Origin: Glaucostegus cemiculus
Taxonomy: Eukaryota
Length of the DNA stretch: 64,000 bases
Reading direction: 5' to 3'
Assembly (NCBI GenBank): GCA_976551045.1
Contig: CDPCPM010000436.1
Location: 1,054,001-1,118,000, forward strand
The position numbers and the translations under genes were made by a program. The notes under the pieces were generated by a model, which was not told the origin of the DNA, searched no databases, and was given only the letters and a program-made list of their open reading frames with translations. Positions 40,101 through 51,911 of the stretch are shown one piece after another; the first letter of the stretch is position 1; the number at the start of each line of letters is the position of its first letter.

Positions 40101-42887
40101 GGGTACTCGCTGAACAAAATCTGAGTCTCGTACCTACCGACTCCTTCACTATTCGGTCTTTGATTCTCATTGCACAGTAACAGGTTTAGTCTCCGATTGG
40201 CTGCAGAATGCGCTATTCTGCGACACTATGCTGAAAACACTTTCCGAACTCTTGATCCAAACTCAAGTTTCCTCAACTTCAGTAATTCCTCTCCCATGCA
40301 CTATGACCACCATGTCCCATATTTTCCCTGCTTCCTGACTTGAGTCACCGAAACGCATCCTGAGGACTCCTTCTGAAATCTATTAACCAGTTAAGCGAAT
40401 GCTCATGACGTAATTTGACCAGAGTCAGTGTTATCTAAATGCTCAGAATTTAGTAGTATTGTGGAAGGTTGATGGGACGAATGGCTTCCTTCTGTCCCCA
40501 CGATCCCCTGACGATTCTTTCGGTTTTCTCTCGCAGTCAATTTATGATAATCTGACATTTAATCTGGGCCCGACGGAGAGACGGCAAGCGGAAGCGAGGA
40601 TGCCTGCACAGTAGAAGGTTTGCAATCGGGAAATGCTGTCAGTGATAAATCCAGCCACACGTTGCTGACTGTCTGCGGCTTCCCGGTAACGGTGGCGACA
40701 ATCTGCTACAGATGAGATGTATGTCCTTCTTGGTGCCTACGAACATACGTCAGCTTCCTTAGGGTAAGCAAATTCAAAGGCACCCAGAAAAGAAATTACC
40801 AACCCTGATAATTGAACCAGCTACTGGGGAGCCTCGACTCGTGACATCTCTAAAGCAATTTCTCCTAATTGTTGGAAACCACACCCCAAAGGGAATAACT
40901 AATCCCTTTTTACAGCCGTGGGTTATTACGTTCTGCTCTTTTTTCCTGATTTATCACTTCCTGGAGATGAAGTTACGATTTACTTAAACTGATACTCCTA
41001 ATTTCCCTTTATATTTCTGTAGGGAAATTGGGCTTGATACAATTCAAGAATATTAACAATGCATCAGTTGCAACATACAATTAAAGAGATTTAAAAACTG
41101 GAGCGTTGAGTATTTTCGATTCCAAATGTTGCATGGTTGATCCAGCTGCAATTGAGCAAAAGCTCAGGACACATTTACAGCTCAAAGTTATTTGGTTAGA
41201 AGTCGGAAAAGTGATTAACTGGCTAGATCTGAATCTGACCATGTTCAATGTGCACCGGTAGTTGATATCCTGTAAACCCCGTGTTCCCAGAACCGCGTTC
41301 ACACTGTTCAAACAGAAGGCCTTCTTTTATGGAAAAGGTCCCTTAAATCCCGTGAAGAATTGAACAGACTGATATTGTCGCTGAAAGTTTTAGCGCAGGG
41401 TGTTCAGACCGGCCATGTGCAATGGATAATGGAAACTTAAAGACTGAGTTAATCAGATCCTTACTATGTTCAAAAGGAGTTGAGGTGAATTGACGAAGAG
41501 AACGATGAGATGACGAGGTGGTGGGGAGTCCAGAACGAGGAGTGGAGAGGGTGGTGGGTGAGGTGTAGGCGAGAGGGAGATAATAGTGGGGCGAGGTGAT
41601 GGAAGCCGTTTGAAACCACCACATTTAATGGACCACACTGAGGCGAGTTTGTGGGTATTTCGTCTTCTTGGAGTCAAATACTTACAGAATGACATCGCAA
41701 TTGGCAAGAAACACAAAGAACCCAGTCCGATTATCCGTCAGGCGACACGCTGCTTTAGATCTAAATCTGTTTGCCAGAGACTTATGCTAAGCGTGGGATG
41801 ATCACTAGATCATCTATTCCCCAAACTCTTCGCGACGTTGTTTCCCTTGAGCCGACGCTCCAACTGGTGGCGGTGGGCAGTCTGGACCAGTATCAGGTGA
41901 GCACCAGAAGGGGAAGGTATGGGGAAGTCCATAGGGGTGAGGCAGCTTTACTAAGATGACATGGTTACACCATGAGCGTGAGGAGGCCATTCGGACTGCT
42001 CCATCGATCTCCCGCATTCTTTAATATCCATTGATAATAAACATTACTCAGCAGCAGATTTTAAAGTGCCGACTATACCAACATTAATTGCTGTTTGTAC
42101 TAGAGTGTTCTACATTTCTCCTAGTCTGCGAGAACAAAGAATTCCCAAACTTCATTCCTGAAACCCTGGCTCTGCCTCTTGTAGATCCAGACCTACGTTT
42201 ACCGCCATCAGCTTCTTTCTAACTGCCCTCTCACTTCTCTTTGACATATTGAATATCAATTAAAGCCCTCGTTACCCTCCTAACTGAAGTGTTATTCAGG
42301 ATGTTAAAGGGAACCGAAGGGGCTCATGGAAATTTTAAGACCAGTTTGAGGGAAGTTCCTGTTAAATTAACCAAGATATTATTATGGGAACACTCTGCAC
42401 TCCCTCCAAGGCCAATGACTCCTTGGTAAGGTACGCCCCAGAAGCACTACAAACGCTCCAGGGGTTGGCCAGCCAGCGGTTTCTACATCTGTAGCCTAAC
42501 TTGTAACCCCTGGTAGAAATGACCCTGAAGTTGAACATTCATTAATGCAATACCGCCTTCTTTTAATATATTACAAAATATTTAATTTATACAAAGGAAA
42601 CATCAAAATGTTACTACTAAAGGAAGCTCGGAAATCAAACGGAAAGATTCAAAGAATTGCGCAAACTATGCAAAAAGTCTCTGGCCTTCGCTTAAGGCTT
42701 GGAGCATGCCTAACTCGTGTTATTAGTATCAGTCCCACACGGATTTGTTTCATTTACATAATAAAGGACCCGTACAGATCCTGTTAATCCCGGAGTGTCA
42801 CGTGGTGATTCGTTCAGCGGGATTCAGTGTGACCACAGGTTCGATCCATTTGTTCATCATCCACCGAGGTAGAAACCAACCAGTTTC

Positions 42888-42944
42888 TCATCTGCGGGCA
42901 GAGGAGGAAGCCGCGAATTCGAGAGAGGCGTAAAGGATCGGCGC
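42888..42944 (-). CDS. Gene C exon 6, APILYASLEFAASSSARR* (canonical ITIM ILYASL)
   Basis: Acceptor ttccctcag|GCG. Fits IxYxxL. Confidence 0.8.
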   Translation of the reverse strand, partial: APILYASLEFAASSSARR

Positions 42945-45900
42945 CTGAGGGAATGAACATCAAACACTGGCAATTAAAGATATCGCACTCCACACCCTCC
43001 CATTCTTCAACAGATTCACTACTGTGCTGACCTTCCACTGCGAGTCACCTCCTTAAAATACTCCAGCAGATTAGTCAAATAGGGCTTTCGTTTCAGAAAT
43101 CCATGCTGACTCCGTTCAGGTTCTTTATTCTTTAATATCCAATCCCAAACATTAAACTTGTGAATATTACAACGGGGATCATTGAGCGTACGTACCTGAG
43201 TCGCAGTGCTTTGTTCTTGCCTTCTCTCCGTTTGACGACGGTTCCCTGCGTATTAGCAGTTAAGAGCATGAATTGAAAATATTATTTGGTCTGACTAATT
43301 TATAATTAGTTACAGAGATGTCCGAGATGCTTCAAAAGTCAGCAATCGCACATATGAAAGTAGTCTCCAATATACCAGTAGTCGGTCTACGCCAATACTT
43401 TCCAATTATTTCACATACACCAATGCCCCTCAGGTGCGTTATTACTTCCTTCTCTATTGCCCAATATGCCATTGGCCCCCAACATGACAATAGTTCCCTA
43501 ATACACGAACGATCTTGCCATGAACCCCGATAGATCAATGAAAGCGTAATACTCCAAGGCTTCCCAAGATCCTAATGTCTAAATCGACCGGGAATTCTTC
43601 CGCGCACACTGGATGGGTTCTTGAAACAGTATGTGGAAAGTCCATCTGGAGCAGAGAACATTCTGGACTTGGTTTTGGGAAATGTGCCAAGACCTGATCA
43701 TGGATGAACATTTTGGGAATAGTGACCAACACTCATTATGTTTTAAGATAGTTGAGAGTAAGAATAAATTCGTATCTTGCTGGAAGTTACTAAATTGGGG
43801 GAGGGCAAATTAAGACAGGATAAGACAGGAGCTAAAAGGGTGTTGATTGGTAGCAGCTGCTGTCTGACAAGTCCACGTCTGAGATGAGAGAGTTGTTTAA
43901 TGACAAGCTGATCAGAGGTCCGGATGGGCATGCTCCATTAAGGACTAAGGACAAGGATGGTGAGTTAAGGGAACCTTGGATGACCTGAGAGCTCTTAAAT
44001 TTAGCCAGAAAGAAAATGGAATCATACGTAAGGTTCAAGGAGCTGGCCCTTAAAGACAGCAGGGGAGTGCTCAAGTTGGCAACTGGAAAGGCCAAAAGGG
44101 GTCATGAAATGTCCTCAGCGAGCAGGATCAAGGGTAATCCCAAGACATTTTAAACATTCTGCGATAAAGAGGATAACTCAGGAGAGGGTAGGGATAAATC
44201 AAGGACAAAGGAGAGTGTTTGTGCTTGCAGTCAGAGAACGCGGCTGAGGTACTAAATGAGTATTTTGTGTCCGTATTTACCGAGGAAAAGAATTTGGACG
44301 ATGGTGAAGGCATACTAATGTGCTGGGACAATTTGAGATTAAGGAGAACGTAATGCTGGGTCTTTTGAAAATCATTGAGATCGACAAGTCCCAAGGGCCT
44401 ACAACATATATCCCAGAATATTGAAGGAAGCAAGCCAGGAGATTACTGGAGCTATGTCAAAGATCTTCCTGTTCTCACTAGCAACGGGAGAGGTTCCAGA
44501 AGACCGGAGAGTAGCCACTGTTGAGCTTTTGTTCAAGACGCGAAATAGGGATAATCCAAGTAACTATCGGCCAGTGAGCCTCACGTCAGTGGTAGGGAAG
44601 CTGTTGGAGAGGATATTGAACGATAGTATTTATGTACATTTGAAAAGGCACGGCCTGCTTCGGGACAGTGAGCATGGCTTTGGGTGGGCCAAGTCATGCT
44701 TTACAAACTTCATTCGAATTTTTGGAAAGGTGACACAGGAGTCTGATGAGGGTAAGGCAGTAGACGGTAGCTACATGGACTTTAGGTAAGGAATTTGGGA
44801 AGGTCCCTCACGATAGGTTGATTTAGAAAATAAAGATACATGGGATCCCGGGTGAATTGCAAGTTTGGATTCAGATCTGGCTTGCCATCTAAGACAGTGA
44901 GTGGGGTGGAGGGGTGTTATTCTGGCTGGAGGTCCGTGCCCAGTGGTGTTCCACAAGGATCGGTGCAGGGACCTCTGTTGTTTAGGATATATATCAATGA
45001 TTTAGATGAAAACGTAGATGGGCGAATTAACAAGTTTGCAGATGACACCAAGATCGGTGGAGTTGTGGACAACGTAAAGGACTATCAAACAATACAGCAA
45101 GATATAGATCTGTTACAGATATGGCAGACAATTTATTCCAGGCAAATGGAAGGTCAAATGAAAGGAAAAAGTACACAGTTAATAGTCGGCCCCGTAAAAG
45201 TAATGAGGTACAGAGGGATCTTGGAGTCTAGGTCCATAGTTTACTGTTCTATGGTTCTATGGTTTACTGAAAGTGGCTACACAAGTGGATAAGATGGTAA
45301 AGCAGGCGTATGGCATGTTTGCCTTCATTGGAAGGGGTGTTGATTCTGAGTAGTAAAGTTATACTGTAGCTATATACAACTTATATATAACATACATGGA
45401 GTATTCTGTGCAGTTCTGGTCGCCCCTTATAAGAAAGATGTTAAGACAGTGGAAAGGGTGCACAAGAGATTTACCAGGATACTGGCAAGATTGGAGGGTA
45501 TGAACTATAAGGAGAGCTTGGACAAACTTGGTTGTTCTCCTTAGAGCACCGGAGGCCGGGGGGAGACCTGGCAAAGTATTTTTTTTTAATTGTAAGAGGT
45601 ATTGATAGGGAAGACAGTCAGAGTCTTTTCCCCAGGGTAGAAATTTCAAACACCAAAGGACATGTTTTTAAGGTTAGGGGCAGGATGTTTAAGAAGACGC
45701 AAGGGTCATGTTTTGTAAGCAGAGAGCGGTGGGTGCCTGGAATGGGTTACCAAGGGTAGTAACGGAAGCAGGCAGTTTGGTGGAGTTTAAGAGGCTTTCA
45801 CGTAGACACATGAATATAAAGGGAATAGAGGAATAAGGATGATACACAGGAGAAGGTCATGAAGCATACATTGTCATCAAGATCGGCGCAACATCCGGGC

Positions 45901-48900
45901 CGAATGGCCTGTCCAATACTATACTGTTAGATCTTCCTACTACACCCGCCCTACTCGACCCATTAATTTTTGAGCCAGGGTTGCTCTGATCGCCCAAATA
46001 TTATTTTACGCACAGAGGTGGAAAACACGTTTGCTGGAACTTCAGACATCGCACCCCTCATTTCCCAGCGCTCCCTGGCTTCAACTGATTTCACCCAACT
46101 CCCCGCCCAAACTCTTTCCAGCATCCTCCATTCTGAACCATTGACAGTAATTAGGCCTCTAGACCGGGATAGGGGACGTCGATATCTGTTGATGGCTATT
46201 AGGAGAGGTCTGGGAAAGACGAACCCTCACCTGATCCACGGATTATGCAGATCGAAACGGAAATGAGGATAAGCAGGAACACCAGGATCCCAGAGGCGAA
46301 CAGTGTTGCAGGAGGACACCAGTCTGTAGAAACAGAATTGTTGTTCGGTAAAATTATACATTAAAGGAACTTCTTGTTCAGAAGTTTGATTTGGTTGAAC
46401 CATCGAACCATAGAACCATAGAACAATAAAGCACAAAACAGGCCCTTCTGCCCACCAAGTTGTGCCATCCTTCAAACGTCTCACAATCAAACTCTTTCCT
46501 CCCACATAGCCTACTATTCCACATTCTTCCATGCGCCTATCCAACAATCTCTTGAACTTGTCCAACGTATCTGCCTCTACTACCAACCAAGGCAGCGCAT
46601 TCCATGCGCCAACCACTCTCTGGGTGAAAAACATCTCTCTGACATCTCCCCTAAACTTTCCACCCAATATCTTAAAGCCATGCCCTCTCGTCTTGAGCAT
46701 CTGCGCTCTGGGAAAGAGGCGCTGGCTGTCATGTCTGGTTGTAATGTGAAGAATTTTAAAAATATATCCTAATCCTAAAGAGCTAAAAGAAGTAAATAAA
46801 CACAAGTTTGCCAAGAGTAAATGTCAGTCAAGATTTCAATGTCCTCTTCACAAATACCAAATGACCCATCCACATTGTGACACTATTCAAGCAACAGCCT
46901 GACATTGTCGTGTCGATACAATAAATCCTACAGGTAAACTTCCAAACTTCCAATTCAATCCCCAGCTTGTCCTCTCCCACCGTCATGGACATGGTGGCGT
47001 AGGGCTACATAGGTTGTACCACGGCACACATGAGTAATGCAAATTGATTCTGGACCCGATTGTATCGGGTTAAATATGGATATGTGAACCTCCTTATTAC
47101 CATCTATCGCATTTCCCCAGTTAAAGAAGCAACGTGTTCCCACATGCAAGGGACGCACACTGTAATCTCAGTGGGAAGTCGAATCGCCATCCCCAGGGAT
47201 GTCCTGGTGGTATGACCTTAGATGGGTCCCGAGGAACATAACTGCCAAACTATCTTTGGAACATTTACTGAATAAACTACCAGAAAGGATAAATCTCTTT
47301 ATCACCAATCTACCTAAAGCAGACACGTTTATTCATAATAACACTGGTACGATTCCGTCTTCTCCACCCTCCCATCGGGAAGATACAAAAGCCTCCACCC
47401 TCCCATCGGAGACAGATTCTATCCCGCTGTTATAAGACTAATACATGGTCCCTTAGTACGACAAAATGGACTATTGATCTCACAGTCTACCTCGTTATGG
47501 CCTTGCGCCTGATTGTCTGCCTGCTCTGAACAGTCTCTGCAACTCTAACACTTTACTCTCCAATCTGCATTGTTTTCCCTTATACTACGTGTTGCAATGA
47601 AATTACCTGTGTGGATGGCATACAAAACAAAATCTTTCACTGTACCTCGGTACATGTGACAATAATAAACCAATTTACCAAGTGATTCTTGTACGGTGCT
47701 GTGCGAGGTCAGATGAAGGACACAGTCAATCGTGTTGTGTGGCAGTGAAATCGTGCTGAATGGGATACTCAGGATGAACCTGGCATCTCCGGAGTATCCA
47801 CGAAGTTCTCTATAGCATCGGCAGGAAGAGAGGTGTACATCACCACAATCAGTAACTTCACTTTCTGGGATGTCTCTCATCGTACCATTAGTGTTAAGTC
47901 AAGGATTGGACTTTCGTCAATGAGGAGTACAGAAAGGCATGCCGGGAGCACCGCCAGGGAGAGCTAAACATTAGGTACTAACACATGAGCGCAACAGCGA
48001 AAGCAGCATGCATTAGACAGAGATAAGCGAGCTCACAGCCAACAGATCAGATCCAACTCTGCAGTTATATTAACATCCCATCGTGAATGGCGGTGGGCAG
48101 ATAAATTATCAAATGAAGTAGAGGCTCCAAAAGTATCTTCATCCTCAGCCATAGCAGAATGCAGCATTGAGAGCTAAAGGCATGGCTGAGGTGTTCGCGG
48201 TCATGTTCTGACAAGCAGATTGCCCATTTAGTGTTCCTGCCATTCCCATCACAACAAAAGCAAACTTGCAGCCAAATTATTGAGCCCATGTGATATGAAT
48301 AACCGGCGGAGTCCCCTGGATATTGCAAAGGCGTTGGGGCCAGTGAACATCTGAGATGCAGAACTGAAGACCTGGACTTCATCTCTAACCAAACTGCTCC
48401 AGTACAGTCGCAACACTGGCACTTCCCGACAATGTGACCTCTGTCCAGGTATGAAATGTAAAATAAAAGCAGGCCTCTGCTCCCACTCTGTGCCAGATCC
48501 CGACAGCCCCCAATCGTCTGATCTTTGAAAACGTTATCTCCCTCTACTTTAAACACTTTAATGAGCTGCTCTCCACAACTCTCTGGGGCAGAGAATTCCG
48601 GATATTTACCACCGGTTACCAAAAGGAGCGTCTATGTAACTCAGTTTTAAATAACTGGTGCTTATTTTGAAACTCGGAGCCCTTGTTCGAGACTCTCCCA
48701 TCAGTGAAAGCGTTTTGAAATCTCATGTTTCAGTAAAAATCAGCTCTTATTCTTCGAAGCTTCTAAGAATACAGAACCAACCTGTTTACCCTCTCCTGAT
48801 AGGACAATCCCCTCACTCTAGGGTGAATCTCTTTTGGGCTATCTAGAATTTCTTTCAGTATTTGCATTGCCATTCAACAAGGAGAAGAACATGGAGAACC

Positions 48901-51900
48901 GGTGTTCAGTGCACTAATATCCACAGTGAGATCAGCGTGTACTAACATGCCAGTGCATTTCGAGATCAAGAAGGATGTAGTGTTGTGTCCGATGGTGAAT
49001 TAATGTGAGTAAGTCCCCAGTAGCTCATCGGACTTATCCCAGAGAGGGAAGAAAGATTTATGGGGTCATGATGCATATCTTTCTATGCTCTCTAGTCCCA
49101 GGCGAGGTCCTGGAGGACTAGAGAATAGCCAAAGTGTTTCTTTGAAAGAAATAAGGAGGTGTTGCACGTTGGGAGGCCAAATGTAGGGTAAAATGTACAG
49201 TTAATGGCAGAGCTCTTAACAGCATTATATACAGAGGGATCTTGGGATCTTAGCTCCCTGAAAATGGCAACACAGGTAGAGTGCTAATGAGGGCGGATGG
49301 CATGCTAGCCTTCTTTTGTTGGGTAGAATGAGTACAAGAGTCAACAGGTCATGTTTCAGCTGTATAAAGCTTCAGTTGGGCCGCACGGTGTACTCTGTGC
49401 AATTCTGATCTCCCCGTCAAAGGAAGAATGGGGCGGCTTTGGAGTGGGTTCAGAAGAGGTTTACCAGGATGTAGTCTGGATAGATGGTATTGTCTACAAG
49501 GAGACGTTGGACTGCTTCCTCTGGAGTATCTGAAGCTGAAGGAACACTGGATAGAAGTTTATAAAAATGCGAGAGTCATACATTGAATAGTCATTTAGAA
49601 TCTATTCCCCGGGTAGAAATCTTTAATATTACACTGCATGGAATTAAGATGGAAGAAGAAAGTTTGAAGCAGATGGGCGGGGCAGGTTGTTTTTTACACA
49701 GTGAGTGCTAGATGCTTGGAATGTGCTGCCAGGAGTGGTGGTGGAGGCATTTGCAATACTGGCATTTTTAAAAAAAAAAGATTAGACAGGAATATGAATC
49801 TGCAGAGAATGGAGGGATATGGATTAGTGCAGAAGTGATTAGTTTGCCATCATGGTCGGCACAGACATCTTGGGCCGAAGAGACTGTTCCCGACCTGTAC
49901 TGTTCTATGTTCTATCTCCAACGCTACTATATCCTTTCCTAGGTAAGGGGACAAAAACTTCCTTCCATCAGCATGAAGTATCCCTCATAATTATCACCAC
50001 AAACACCACAAAAAACTCTTACCCTCCTCCAGGGGTGCCTGTGACAGCAGTGTGAAGCAGGTACAAGATACATCACTCAACAGAAACCTAATCTGTTTAG
50101 GTTACTCGGACAATAATTCCCAGTGCCACCAGAAAAGTCACGATGAAGGGAAGGCTATATATTTCCAAGTTTCACACCATTCTAACTTGGAAACACATCG
50201 CCTTCCCATCATCGTCGCTGTGTTTAATTCCTGGAAGTCCCTCCCGACAGCACTGTGGGAGCATCTTCATCACAGCGACTGCAGCGGTCTAAGAAGGAGT
50301 TTCACCCTCAACTTATCAAAGGGCAATTAGGGGTGGGCAACAAACGTTGGTCTTGTTAGAGATAAGCAGGTCCCCAAAATAAATTAATGCAAATTAACAC
50401 TGACTGTGGCCTCAGTAAACCAGCAACTCTTCCAACGGACACCACAAATGAGTGTCAGTCTTTTCTGTGCAAAACCTTGTTTTACCTTGATGTGTTTCTG
50501 TGATGGGACGGGACACGCTCTTTGTCCTCGTCTTGCCCGCACCCCCAAACTGTGCGATGCAGGTACAGACACCGCCACTCCTCCAGGTTTCCGGCGGGAC
50601 CAGCACTTGATTTCTGACGCTGTAGCTCCGGTCCGGGTCACGTGTACCGGGACCGCTCCGTCCTCCTGTAATCTCTCCCGAAATATTCCAGTAAATGACA
50701 ATCTGGGCGGAAGAAAGGCCGCTGACTTGACACACCAAGGGAAACGACCCGTTCGTCTCAGACGGCGGGACAAACACCAGAAGACCAGTCCGGTTGGTGG
50801 AGCTGTCTGGGCAGAGATTTGGACACCGTTAACCACAGCTTCACCTGGATTACATGGCTGTAAATTACCCGACCGTCACCTTCTCTTACCTCCAACCAGA
50901 AGCGTGGGTCCCTTCACAAGCGGTGAATAGCTATTCCAGTCGGCACAGTAGTAGGAACCCGAATCCTCCAGCTGGACGTCCCGGATTTCCAGTACCGACC
51001 TGTAATCGCCGAGGCCTTTTTTGTACGTAGCCCGACAGCCGGTCTGTTGACAGTCTCTGGTCGCGATCGGTACCGGGGGTTCCTCCGCACGCTGTTTGTA
51101 CCATAGAGCAGTGCTCGGGACCAGCAGTATGTACGCCAGTTCACAGGACAGTTCAACCGTCTGACCGACATCCGCAGTCACTGCACCCGGACCCGCAGAA
51201 AAAGGCTCGGGTTCTGTAACTGGAAACATCATCAGTACATTAAAATTGTCCATTAAGAGAACTGAAACACTTTGCCCGCAGTTTAAGAAATGCGTGTCAT
51301 TTTAGGTTGCTTTTATTGCCTAAGGTGTCTTTTCAACAGCTACTGGAAGACCAGAAGATACATCCACGTTAGCCTGGTCAAATTCGCAAAACCTTTCTCT
51401 GATTCATTTACAGGATGTATGTGTCGATGGCAAGACTGGTTTGCTCATCCATCCATAGTTGACTTTACACTGAGACGTTTGCTGGCATATTTCCACCAGG
51501 ACTCGCCAAACATTCTGCTGTGAATCTGGAGTTGCTTATTGGACGGAGAGGTTTAGTGAGCCGATGTCCTACCCCAAACGAAAATGAGCGAGATCAAGCA
51601 GTTTTATTTTTAACATAAATGAGCTTCTCGTTTTGTACTCTAGATTTAATTAATTAACTTATTTTTATTTCACCAGTTGCTTGGGAGTGTGGACGCGGAG
51701 AGATGGGGTGAGGGACGCGTGAGTAACTTACTCCGGATCATTGGCCTGAGCTCCTGATTTTATAACATCCTCACGGGTAACAGACCTGCGCAGTGCTTTC
51801 TCCCAGTATTTGCGGCCGATGCAGTCTAACCGTACCCACAACCCGGACTCACTCACCGCAAAACTGGAACATCAGGATGGCAATGACCAATGATAAAGCT

Positions 51901-51911
51901 TCTGTCAACAT
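42888..51911 (-). CDS. Gene C: non-rearranging VJ-C1-TM-ITIM receptor (301 aa). Exons 51911-51857, 51219-50890, 50806-50486, 46323-46231, 43245-43196, 42944-42888
   Basis: All introns GT-AG with phases 1,1,1,1,0. 906 nt in frame with no internal stop. Confidence 0.87.
43196..43245 (-). CDS. Gene C exon 5, cytoplasmic GNRRQTERRQEQSTATQ
   Basis: ctaatacgcag| acceptor and CAG|gtacgt donor, phase 1 to 0. Confidence 0.75.
43600..45930 (+). mobile_element. Decayed CR1 ORF2 and 3' end in a gene C intron
   Basis: NYRPVSLTSVVGKLLE; SGVPQGSVQGPLLF..YINDLD..KFADDTKIGG. Confidence 0.92.
46231..46323 (-). CDS. Gene C exon 4, transmembrane DWCPPATLFASGILVFLLILISVSICIIRGS
   Basis: tttctacag| acceptor and G|gtgagg donor. 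Uncharged hydrophobic span. Confidence 0.85.
46395..46735 (-). mobile_element. CR1 3' end
   Basis: SQRLFPRA..TRGHGFKI..FFTQRVVGAWNALP with an (accataga)n tail. Confidence 0.88.
48900..49915 (+). mobile_element. Decayed CR1 fragments
   Basis: GEVLED..., QLYKASVGPH, 3' UTR ending ctgttctatgttcta. Confidence 0.75.
50486..50806 (-). CDS. Gene C exon 3, C1-set domain
   Basis: LLVFVPP..FPLVCQVSG..IVIYWNISG..DRSYSVRNQVLVPPETWRSGGVCTCIAQF. Confidence 0.93.
50890..51219 (-). CDS. Gene C exon 2, V domain with fused J-like G strand
   Basis: GQTVELSC..LWYKQR..SVLEIRDVQLEDSGSYYCADWNSYSPLVKGPTLLVG|gtaag. Confidence 0.95.
51857..51911 (-). CDS. Gene C exon 1, leader MLTEALSLVIAILMFQFC
   Basis: Hydrophobic 55-nt exon with G|gtgagt donor. 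Confidence 0.82.

Larger units (their letters stand above)
34905..40614 (+). pseudogene. Gene B: pseudogene paralog of gene A. Exons 34905-34947, 35662-36000, 36091-about 36305 (truncated C1), 36863-36979, 37096-37154, 40537-40614
   Basis: Leader MSFLTACVLIHLFP. V+J ..HC..FWYKRQ..QRNDSGWYYCSAKEFSGLPFVSGNGSKLII with stops at 35808 and 35829. C1 VRLMCL..IR*..VRSQF with stops at 36204 and 36246 and no F/G strands. TM DDSPQQVCFSLLYVGFPVVIILLATVMVAV with a GC donor. Last exon SIYDNLTF. Confidence 0.88.

Noticed and set aside
50386-50393. Octamer ATGCAAAT near the gene C C1 exon
   Set aside because: Intronic, and several other scattered copies occur in the window; compatible with chance.
50944-50950. 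Cryptic heptamer TACTGTG at the end of the gene C V region
   Set aside because: Expected by-product of Tyr-Cys-Ala codons; no evidence of use.
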